Of a stretch of 54,895 bases of DNA, positions 9,995 to 17,086 are shown piece by piece. Origin of the DNA: Vicinamibacterales bacterium (GTDB lineage Bacteria > Acidobacteriota > Vicinamibacteria > Vicinamibacterales > SCN-69-37); contig DASZVJ010000105.1 of assembly GCA_035547155.1 (NCBI GenBank), forward strand, positions 1 to 54,895, written 5' to 3'. Every line of letters starts with the position of its first letter. Position 1 is the stretch's first letter. The notes beneath the pieces were generated by a model. The model did not search any database, was not told where the DNA came from, and saw only the letters and a list, made by a program, of their open reading frames with translations. The position numbers and the translations under genes were made by a program.

Positions 9995-11163
9995 GCGCTC
10001 GCCCGCGCGCGAGCGGACGGCCGCTCTCGGTGATGACGATCGTCGGCACGCGTCCCGAGCTGATCAAGATGAGCCGCATCATCGCGGCCCTCGATCGCCA
10101 CACGCGCCATACGCTCGTGCACACCGGACAGAATTTCGACGACGGTCTGAACGGGGTGTTCTTCCGGCAGCTCGACATCCGCCGGCCGGACCACGTCCTG
10201 CGCGTCGCCGACGAGACCCCGGCACGCACGATTGGCAACGTGATTGCGAAGGCGGACGAGGTGCTCGCACGCGTCCGGCCCGAGGCGCTCGTGCTGTACG
10301 GCGACACGAACAGCTGTCTCGCCGCCATCGCCGCGAAACGGCGGCGGATCCCGGTGTTTCATCTCGAGGCGGGCAACCGCTGCTTCGACGATCGCGTGCC
10401 CGAGGAAGTGAACCGCCGGATCATCGATCACATCAGCGACATCAACATGCCGCTGACGGAGCACGCGCGCCGCTATCTGCTCGAGGAAGGCCTGCGGCCG
10501 GAGACGGTCATCAAGATCGGATCGACGATGCGCGAGGTGCTCGACTACTACCGGCCGGGCATCGAGGCGAGCGACATCCTGGAGCGGCTGTCGCTCGAGC
10601 CGGGACGATACATCGTCGTCAGCGCGCACCGTGAGGAGAACGTCGACGATCCGGCGCGTCTCAGCGCGCTGCTGGCGTCGCTCGACGCGCTGGCGCGCCG
10701 TTATCGGCGGCGCATCGTCATGTCCACGCATCCGCGCACGCGCAAGCGGCTGGCGGCACTGTCGCGCCGCACCGGCAAACGTCCGGCCACGATCGAGCTC
10801 CTGCCGCCATTCGGGTTCTTCGAGTGGATCAAGCTGCAGACGCACGCGTTCTGCGTCGTGTCCGACAGCGGAACGCTGAGCGAGGAAGCGACGCTGCTGC
10901 GCGTGCCCGGCGTCATGATCCGCGACGCACACGAGCGGCCTGAAGCGATGGAAGCCGGGATGACGATCATGAGCGGTCTCGGGCCGCGCCGGCTGCTGCA
11001 AGCCGTCGAGCTTGCGACGACGCAAGGCGCGCCGGCACGCAACGACGTTGCCGTGGCCGATTACGCCGAGCCGGACGTGTCGCGGAAAGTCGTGCGGATC
11101 GTGCTCAGCTATGTCGACTACGTGCGTCGCACGACGTGGTTCGAGTCGGGTGCCGGGGGCTGA
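9991..11163 (+). CDS. UDP-N-acetylglucosamine 2-epimerase family, non-hydrolysing (WecB/FnlC/WbvD-like)
   Basis: VMTIVGTRPELIKMSRII, HTGQNFD, HLEAGNRCFDDRVPEEVNRRIIDHISD and VVSDSGTLSEEA. ATG 9991 overlaps the upstream stop (ATGA). Confidence 0.9.
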   Translation: MSARPRASGRPLSVMTIVGTRPELIKMSRIIAALDRHTRHTLVHTGQNFDDGLNGVFFRQLDIRRPDHVLRVADETPARTIGNVIAKADEVLARVRPEALVLYGDTNSCLAAIAAKRRRIPVFHLEAGNRCFDDRVPEEVNRRIIDHISDINMPLTEHARRYLLEEGLRPETVIKIGSTMREVLDYYRPGIEASDILERLSLEPGRYIVVSAHREENVDDPARLSALLASLDALARRYRRRIVMSTHPRTRKRLAALSRRTGKRPATIELLPPFGFFEWIKLQTHAFCVVSDSGTLSEEATLLRVPGVMIRDAHERPEAMEAGMTIMSGLGPRRLLQAVELATTQGAPARNDVAVADYAEPDVSRKVVRIVLSYVDYVRRTTWFESGAGG

Positions 11164-12917
11164 AGCCGAACGGCCACCCATTCCCGCAGGCTGTTGATCA
11201 GCCACAGGCGCGTCGCGCGCGCGAGATCCTCGATCGTGATGACGCGCTCGCGGATCTCACCGGCATCGAGCAACTCGCCGCGGAAGACGCCGGCGAGCAG
11301 ACCGGATCGACGATCCGGCGTCCAGCGCTCGCCCTCGATCTCCGCGACGAGGTTGCCGATCGTGAACTCGGTGACGATACGCTCGTCGTTCCACAAGAGC
11401 ACATCGAACACGTCGGGCTGCGCGCGCCGATGCTCGTCGTAGACGTCGCGCTGCGTGGTCTTGTGATACAGACGCCAATCATCACGAGATACCGGCCTCG
11501 TCGCGAGGGCGACAGGCGCCGGTTCACGAATGGGCGCGTCGAGCGGCCGGCTTTCGATACGCGGATGTCCCGTCGCGTCGAGCTGCAGGCGCACGCGGCG
11601 GGACGTGCCCGCATGCGAACGCGCGTGCTCGCGCAACGCGCGCACGACGACGTCGTTGTCGAACGAGCGATCGAAAAACGCGGCCGACTCCCGCAGCCGC
11701 TGCAGATGTCTGGCTTCACGAGCGTATCGTCCGTCCTCGAGCCTCATGGTCTCGAGGAGATCGAACGCAGGCGTGGGCGTCAGGCACGCCGCCTTGCTGA
11801 TCGCCTCCGCGTACTCGTCGTCGGCGCGCGAGTCCCACGTGATGCCACCGCCGACGCCGTACGTGGCGACGCCGCGCTCGACGTCGATCGTCGCCGTCCG
11901 GATCGCGACGTTGAACACGGCGTCACCGGTGGGCGAGGCGTAGCCGATCGCGCCGCAGTAGACGCCGCGCGGTGCGCGCTCGATCGAGGCAATCAGCCGC
12001 ATGCTGCTCGTCTTCGGCGCACCGGTGATCGACCCGGCGGGGAAGAGCGCGGTGAAGACGTCCGTGAGCGTCGTGCCGGCGCGCAGGCGGCCTTCGACCG
12101 TCGAGACCATCTGCAGCACCGACGGATAACGTTCGACGTCGAAGAGTGACGAGGCGCGGACCGTGCCGATCTCGGCGACGCGGCCGACGTCGTTGCGCGC
12201 GAGATCGACGATCATCACGTTCTCCGCGCGATTCTTCTCCGACGCCGCGAGCCATGCGGCCTGCGCCTCATCATCCTCGCGCCAGCGTCCGCGCGGGGCG
12301 GTGCCCTTCATCGGCCGCGTGACGAGGCGTCCGCCGTTGATGCGGAAGAACAGCTCCGGTGACAGCGACAGCAACTGCCAGGGGCCGAGATCGAGAAACG
12401 CCGAATACGGCGCGCGCTGATCGGAGGACAGCCGCCGGTACAACGCCGGCGTTGTGCGCGGATCGAGCGGCGCACGCAGTCTGAAGGTGTAATTGGCCTG
12501 GTAGCTGTCGCCGGACAGAATCGCGTCGCGCACGGCCGCGACGCCGGCACGATGATCGTCGCGGGTGATGTCTGGCGTCCACGCTGGCCCTGGCCCCTCG
12601 TCGAGCGGGATGTCGTCGCGTGTCATGGAAGACGACGCGCCGGATACGGGTCGTTCGAACAAGCCGAACCACACGAGTGGAGGCCCGGACGGCTCGCGCG
12701 TCGTCAGCGCGGCATCGAATGCGGGCGCGGCTTCGTACGAGACATATCCCGCCGCGTACAGACCTCGCCGCAGTCCCGCTTCGACGTCCCGCATGGCGCG
12801 ACGTACGTCGCGGACGTCGGCCGCGACGACAATCTCGATGGGACGTTCGAAGATCAGCGGCGCGCGGCGCCCGGCCGCATCAGCGAAATCGAATCGGAGA
12901 TGGGGAACGGCGGGCAA
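11118..12917 (-). CDS. pabB: Fused aminodeoxychorismate synthase component I (PabB) and aminodeoxychorismate lyase-like (class IV aminotransferase fold) protein
   Basis: SGDSYQANYTF, LSLSPELFFR, RPMKGTAPRG, ENVMIVDLARNDVGRV, PAGSITGAPK, GVYCGAIGY and GGGITWDS. These are followed by a C-terminal domain of about 190 aa (LLETMRLEDGRY.., LLWNDERIVTEFTIGNL, GLLAGVFRGELL). Confidence 0.85.
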   Translation of the reverse strand: MPAVPHLRFDFADAAGRRAPLIFERPIEIVVAADVRDVRRAMRDVEAGLRRGLYAAGYVSYEAAPAFDAALTTREPSGPPLVWFGLFERPVSGASSSMTRDDIPLDEGPGPAWTPDITRDDHRAGVAAVRDAILSGDSYQANYTFRLRAPLDPRTTPALYRRLSSDQRAPYSAFLDLGPWQLLSLSPELFFRINGGRLVTRPMKGTAPRGRWREDDEAQAAWLAASEKNRAENVMIVDLARNDVGRVAEIGTVRASSLFDVERYPSVLQMVSTVEGRLRAGTTLTDVFTALFPAGSITGAPKTSSMRLIASIERAPRGVYCGAIGYASPTGDAVFNVAIRTATIDVERGVATYGVGGGITWDSRADDEYAEAISKAACLTPTPAFDLLETMRLEDGRYAREARHLQRLRESAAFFDRSFDNDVVVRALREHARSHAGTSRRVRLQLDATGHPRIESRPLDAPIREPAPVALATRPVSRDDWRLYHKTTQRDVYDEHRRAQPDVFDVLLWNDERIVTEFTIGNLVAEIEGERWTPDRRSGLLAGVFRGELLDAGEIRERVITIEDLARATRLWLINSLREWVAVRLQPPAPDSNHVVRRT

Positions 12918-12962
12918 GCGGGAACATTTTCACACGTTGAAGATCCGACGAGCGGCCACGGG

Positions 12963-13040
12963 GGGGCGCCCCTACGCGTCGCCCGGATCGTAGGGGCCGC
13001 CCTTGTGGCGGCCCTGGGCGCCCACAAGGGGCGCCCCTAC
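12963..13040. repeat. REP-like GC-rich palindromic element with three half-sites
   Basis: ggggcgcccctac (12963-12975), gtaggggccgcccttgtggcggccc (12990-13014) and tgggcgcccacaaggggcgcccctac (13015-13040). The last two form a near-perfect inverted repeat of about 25 nt. The exact reverse complement of the 25-mer recurs at 24458-24482. Confidence 0.85.
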
Positions 13041-13804
13041 GTCGTCACGGCGTCCGCGAGCTGCCAGAGATGGCGATCGAGCTCGTCCGTCAGGGCGTCG
13101 CGACGGTGGGCGGGGAAGGCGGGACGATCTTCGATGCGCAGCGCGCAGCTGCCGCGAAGCGCTTCAGGCAAGAGCAGGCTGGCGGTCACCGACTCCGGAG
13201 ACAGCAGGCCGCCGGCCTCGCCGGCCTGCTCGAGCTCTGCCGTGACCGCGCGCCACATGGCCGGGCTGCCGTAGCGCCGATCGATTTGCGCCGCGATGAG
13301 CCAACGCAGCGACGCGTAGCGCAGGTCCGTGCAGATGACCGCGTGGCCCGCCAGGTTGCCGGACGAAATCGCGGCGACCGCGATCTGCCACGCGGACGCC
13401 GTCTTCTGCGGCGGCGCCGCGGGCTCGTCGGCCGTCGTGTCGTGCTCGATCAGGTGGGCCAGGATCATCTCGAGGCCGATTTGCGTGGCCTCGTCGGTCG
13501 CGCATCGCCAGCCGCTGAGGTACGCGGGCTCGTCGGCTCGCGGCGCGTGGCAGTGCACCGCGCGGGCGCGCAGCGTGCACCGCTCGCCGGTCTCGAGGAT
13601 CACTTCGAAGACGTGCAGATCGCCGGTCGTGATGTCGATCGATGTCGCGACGAGAAAGCCGCCGGCGCTCACGTCGCGCATGTCCACGTCGAGGTGCAAC
13701 GTCGTGATCCGCGTCTTCAGCCGTCCCCGGACCGGGAATCGCGGCGCTTGACGGCGGGAGAGTGCAAGTTCGGGAGCACGACGAGCGAGCATGCTGCGTG
13801 GCAT
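13037..13804 (-). CDS. PilZ domain protein (candidate c-di-GMP receptor) with an uncharacterised C-terminal domain
   Basis: The N-terminus carries RRQAPR (RxxxR) and DVSAGG (DxSxxG) about 25 aa apart, which is the canonical PilZ c-di-GMP motif pair. The remaining 150 aa or so show no motif I recognise. Confidence 0.7.
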   Translation of the reverse strand: MPRSMLARRAPELALSRRQAPRFPVRGRLKTRITTLHLDVDMRDVSAGGFLVATSIDITTGDLHVFEVILETGERCTLRARAVHCHAPRADEPAYLSGWRCATDEATQIGLEMILAHLIEHDTTADEPAAPPQKTASAWQIAVAAISSGNLAGHAVICTDLRYASLRWLIAAQIDRRYGSPAMWRAVTAELEQAGEAGGLLSPESVTASLLLPEALRGSCALRIEDRPAFPAHRRDALTDELDRHLWQLADAVTT

Positions 13805-13994
13805 AGCAAAGGCGGTGCCCGTCTCGAGACCGATTTAGAGCCTGTCAAATGGTCGTTCGTGCAGATGTGCGCGCGAGACTTGGTGTCTCGTCAACAGAAT
13901 CGTCAGCCGCGCGCATGCGACGTGACACGCGCGCGTTGTGTCGCGATGTGCACGTGGACAGACCTCTGCGGCACCGCGCTTCGCGCGGCGCCGC

Positions 13995-14074
13995 AAACTT
14001 TGAACTTCGAACTTTGCACTTTGGGAATTGCAGGGTGGCAAATTTCGAAGTTCGAAGTTCCAAGTTCGAAGTTC
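13995..14074. repeat. Heptamer array, GAACTTY arm (13995-14022) and inverted GAAGTTC arm (14040-14074)
   Basis: aaacttt gaacttc gaacttt gcacttt, then a 17-nt spacer, then aaatttc gaagttc gaagttc caagttc gaagttc. Confidence 0.9.
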
Positions 14075-14098
14075 TGACGCGGCCGAAGGCCGCGTCAG
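14074..14098 (-). terminator. GC hairpin (11-bp stem, GAA loop) overlapping the ABC ATPase stop codon
   Basis: ctgacgcggcc-gaa-ggccgcgtcag. There is no clear U-tract. It directly abuts the heptamer array. Confidence 0.5.
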
Positions 14099-14757
14099 AC
14101 AATCCATCCGTCTCGCAGATTGATGATGCGCGAGCCGTAGGCGGCGTTCGTGTCCGAGTGCGTGACCTGCACGATCGTCGTGCCAGCGGAGTTGAGCGTG
14201 CGGAAGAGCTCCATGATGTCGCGGCCCTGTTCCGAATGCAGATTGCCGGTGGGCTCGTCGGCAAGCAGGACCTTGGGGCTCGCGATGACCGCGCGCGCGA
14301 CGGCGACGAGCTGCTGCTGTCCGCCGGAGAGCTGATTCGGATAGAGATCTTTCTTGCCGACGATTTGAAAGCGATCGAGCGTGTCCGCGACGAGACTCTG
14401 CCGCTCTTTTTTCGGGATGTCGCGGTAGGTGAGCGGCACCTCGAGGTTCTCGTAGACGGTGAGATCGTCCAGCAGGTGATAGCTCTGGAAGACGAAGCCG
14501 ATGTGCTGCTTATGCAGCTGCGTCCGCTGCTTCGGGCTCATGCGGTGGACCGGCATGTCGAGAAAGTCGTACTCGCCGCTCCAGATGCCGTCGTGCATGC
14601 CGAGGATGTGGAGCAGCGTCGACTTGCCCGCGCCCGATGGCCCCATGATCGACACGAACTCGCCCTCTTTGATGTCGAGCGTGATCTGGCGGAGGACGTA
14701 GTAGGTCGACGGTCCCTGTGGATAGGACTTCTCGAGGTTGCGGAGCGAGATCAGCAT
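14095..14757 (-). CDS. ABC transporter ATP-binding protein (MacB/LolD-type ATPase), with no adjacent permease gene
   Basis: GPSGAGKST (Walker A), LSGGQQQ (signature) and VLLADEPT (Walker B). ATG 14757 is preferred over the TTG at 14799. Confidence 0.9.
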   Translation of the reverse strand: MLISLRNLEKSYPQGPSTYYVLRQITLDIKEGEFVSIMGPSGAGKSTLLHILGMHDGIWSGEYDFLDMPVHRMSPKQRTQLHKQHIGFVFQSYHLLDDLTVYENLEVPLTYRDIPKKERQSLVADTLDRFQIVGKKDLYPNQLSGGQQQLVAVARAVIASPKVLLADEPTGNLHSEQGRDIMELFRTLNSAGTTIVQVTHSDTNAAYGSRIINLRDGWIV

Positions 14758-14799
14758 GGCGTCAGTGTAGCCTGATGCGCCCGTCCGCCGCCCGGGCAA

Positions 14800-15213
14800 T
14801 CACTGCAGCACGGGCTGCGTCGGCGCCGGATCGGCCGTGACCGAGAACGGCACCTCGACGAGGCGCTGCCCGTCGAACTCGCCAATCGCCCAGTACGTGC
14901 CAGGCCGCTCGAACGTCAGCGTGAGCTTCAGCGGCATGACGACCATCTCGCCGGAGTCATCGACCGTCGCCTCGCCTTCGCCGAGGAATTGCACCTCTTC
15001 GCCGGGCCGGCGGACGCCCATCCGGCACCGCACCTGTCCGGGGCCGCCTGCGTTCCACAGGCCGACCGCGAGTGTCAGCTGCACCGTGGGCGGATCGCTC
15101 TCCGTCCATCCGCCGATCCCCGTCGTCATCTGACGCAAGTCCGTCGGCCGATCGGGATCGTAGTCATGGCAGAACATCGCGAACGCAACGGTGAGGCGAG
15201 GGAAGGAAATCAT
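14800..15213 (-). CDS. Hypothetical small protein (about 137 aa, beta-rich)
   Basis: Clean ORF immediately upstream of the ABC ATPase. No motif recognised with certainty. The N-terminal LTVAFAMFCHDYD and C-terminal GTYWAIGEFDGQRLVEVPFSV resemble a widespread family of ~130-aa proteins of unknown function. No Shine-Dalgarno sequence is visible, because a heptamer array abuts the start. Confidence 0.5.
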   Translation of the reverse strand: MISFPRLTVAFAMFCHDYDPDRPTDLRQMTTGIGGWTESDPPTVQLTLAVGLWNAGGPGQVRCRMGVRRPGEEVQFLGEGEATVDDSGEMVVMPLKLTLTFERPGTYWAIGEFDGQRLVEVPFSVTADPAPTQPVLQ

Positions 15214-15216
15214 ATC

Positions 15217-15258
15217 GGGCTACGGGCTACGGGCTACAGGCTTCGGGCTACAGGCTGC
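15217..15258. repeat. Heptamer array (GGGCTAC), 6 units
   Basis: gggctac gggctac gggctac aggcttc gggctac aggctgc. It begins 4 nt upstream of the 14800..15213 start codon and covers the last codons of the flavin reductase ORF. Confidence 0.9.
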
Positions 15259-15877
15259 TGACCGACGGCCGCGTCATGTGGAAGCGTGCGGCGGCGGTGA
15301 TCTCGAAGTACTCGGTCGGGCCGCCGCCTCGCACGATCGGATGCGCGGCGACGGTGTCGTAGATGCCGGTGGCGACGAGATCCCGCGCGATGTGGACGCC
15401 GACGACCTCGCCGAGCGTCAGCCAGCTCTGCGCGACTGCGCCGTCGGCACCGTGCAGCGGCACGATCTGCGTGACGCGGCATTCGAACGACACCGGGCTC
15501 TCGGCCACGTGCGGCGCCCCCACGAGTCGTGAGGCGATCGGCGTGAGCTCGGCGAGCGCGAACTCGTCCACGTCCGGTGCGACGGCCGCGCTCGTCAGGT
15601 TCATCGCCTCGGCGAGCGGGCGCGTGGCCAGGCTCCAGCAGAACTCGCCGGTCTCCTGCGCATTGCGCACGCTGTCCTTCCATCCCGTGCTCGCAAAGCC
15701 GACGATCGGCGGCCGGTAGCAGAAGAGATTGAAGAAGCTGTACGGCGCGAGATTCAACTGTCCATCCGCGCTGCGGGACGAGATCCATCCAATCGGCCGG
15801 GGCGCGACGATGGCGTTGAGCGGGTCGTGGCGGAGGCCGTGTCCCTGGGAGGGCTCGTAGAAATAGGCGTCGGACAT
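15248..15877 (-). CDS. Flavin reductase-like FMN-binding domain protein
   Basis: LNAIVAPRPIGWISSRSADGQLNLAPYSFFN is the flavin reductase/DIM6 family core. Start set at ATG 15877 (MSDAYFYEP). Confidence 0.8.
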   Translation of the reverse strand: MSDAYFYEPSQGHGLRHDPLNAIVAPRPIGWISSRSADGQLNLAPYSFFNLFCYRPPIVGFASTGWKDSVRNAQETGEFCWSLATRPLAEAMNLTSAAVAPDVDEFALAELTPIASRLVGAPHVAESPVSFECRVTQIVPLHGADGAVAQSWLTLGEVVGVHIARDLVATGIYDTVAAHPIVRGGGPTEYFEITAAARFHMTRPSVSSL

Positions 15878-15939
15878 GCCGTCGGCCGTCAATTGTATGC
15901 GGGGGCCGTCGATCCGGCCGCCGCTCGTTCGTCTAGAGT

Positions 15940-15958
15940 ATGTAACGCCAATGTAACG
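15940..15958. promoter_or_regulatory. Direct repeat ATGTAACG x2 (11-nt spacing) in an AT-richer patch of a divergent promoter region
   Basis: atgtaacg at 15940-15947 and 15951-15958, overlapping the small inverted repeat cgccaa..ttggcg. It lies between the divergent genes 15248..15877 (-) and 15981..17036 (+). Confidence 0.3.
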
Positions 15959-15980
15959 TTGGCGCCTCCCCATACCCTTT

Positions 15981-17036
15981 ATGACCGAGCTTGCGGTTCC
16001 CGCTCCCGCCGCGATCGACGCACGCAAGAAGACCGCGTCCCGCATTTTCCTTGGCGCGCTGCTGTTCAACGCCGTCCTGACGGTCTTCTGGCTGCACGCG
16101 ATGGCCCGCGGCGAGGCATCGACGTTCGCCCACGGCTACCAGGTCGATCGCGAGGCGATCGGACGCGTCCTGTCCGGCATCGTGTTCTTCTACGTGATCT
16201 GGGGCTTCATCTGGTGGGGCATCAAGAGCGCCCTGCTGAAAGGGGTCGTCGGATTCACGCCGGAGGATCGGCGCGCCGCGTTCTCGTCGCGCATGGATCA
16301 GCCGTACGACGTGCCGGCGCTCGTCTCGCGCTACTCCGAGCGGCGCATCCGCATCGTCGACATGATCGGCCGTCGCGGCCGGTTCATCACGCTCGCGGCC
16401 GCGGGCTTCTATTACCTGTATGTGCAGGTGGCTCAGCATCCCGAAGCGAACTTCGCGATGGGATTCATCCAGGACAACCTGTTCGATGCGGTCGTCACCG
16501 GCTGGGTGTTTCTCGGCGTCTACTATCTCAACGGCTGGATCGGCGCGGTGTTCTACGGGCCGCAGTCGCGCGTGATGGACGGCATGCTGGCGCGCGCCAA
16601 CTGCCTGCTCATCACGACGCTCTGGGCCGGCTTCAAATTCATCATGGTGCCGGTCGGCGCGCACCTGGCGGCCGTCTTTCCGCGACAGGAGTTCGCGCCC
16701 ATCTTCGCGATGATCTGGGGCTCGTACATCGCCAACGACACGTGCGCGGAAGTGTTCGGATCGCTCTTCGGCAAACAGAAAATCAAGGTGTGGGGCGTGG
16801 GCGACGTGAACCGCAAGTCCATCGCCGGTCTCGTGGCGGGGTTTCTCGGCGCGTTCGTGCTCTGCGCCGGTGTCGTTGCGAGCCAGCATCTCGGGCCGTC
16901 GTGGTACGGCTTGTCACTGGCGATCGCCGTGTCGACGTCGTTCTTCGAGCTCTATTCTCCACGCGGCAGCGACGACTTCACGATGGCGACCGCCAACGCG
17001 CTCATCTGCTGGGCATTCGGGGCGTGGGTGCGCTGA
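15981..17036 (+). CDS. Integral membrane protein, possibly of the CTP-dependent polyprenol/phytol/dolichol kinase (CTP_transf_1-like) family
   Basis: Multi-span hydrophobic protein. The C-terminal NDTCAEVFGSLFGKQKIKV....NRKSIAGLVAGFL....SDDFTMATANAL resembles the GD..G..FG / KS.EG / DN pattern of polyprenol kinases. It lacks the CdsA signature. Confidence 0.45.
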   Translation: MTELAVPAPAAIDARKKTASRIFLGALLFNAVLTVFWLHAMARGEASTFAHGYQVDREAIGRVLSGIVFFYVIWGFIWWGIKSALLKGVVGFTPEDRRAAFSSRMDQPYDVPALVSRYSERRIRIVDMIGRRGRFITLAAAGFYYLYVQVAQHPEANFAMGFIQDNLFDAVVTGWVFLGVYYLNGWIGAVFYGPQSRVMDGMLARANCLLITTLWAGFKFIMVPVGAHLAAVFPRQEFAPIFAMIWGSYIANDTCAEVFGSLFGKQKIKVWGVGDVNRKSIAGLVAGFLGAFVLCAGVVASQHLGPSWYGLSLAIAVSTSFFELYSPRGSDDFTMATANALICWAFGAWVR

Positions 17037-17041
17037 ATCAA

Positions 17042-17082
17042 GAGCCGTGATCGAACCTGGAACTTCGAACTTCGAACGGCTC
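17042..17082. repeat. Heptamer array (GAACYTN x4) enclosed by a 6-bp stem, between convergent genes
   Basis: gagccg (17042-17047) ... cgaacct ggaactt cgaactt cgaacgg ... cggctc (17077-17082). Confidence 0.8.
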
Positions 17083-17086
17083 GTCA

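Noticed and set aside
15981-17036. Annotating the membrane protein as phosphatidate cytidylyltransferase (CdsA).
   Set aside because: The CdsA signature (S-x-hK-R-x4-K-D-x..H-G-G-x-x-D-R) is absent. Only the looser polyprenol or phytol kinase-like pattern is present, so the call is kept at superfamily level with low confidence.
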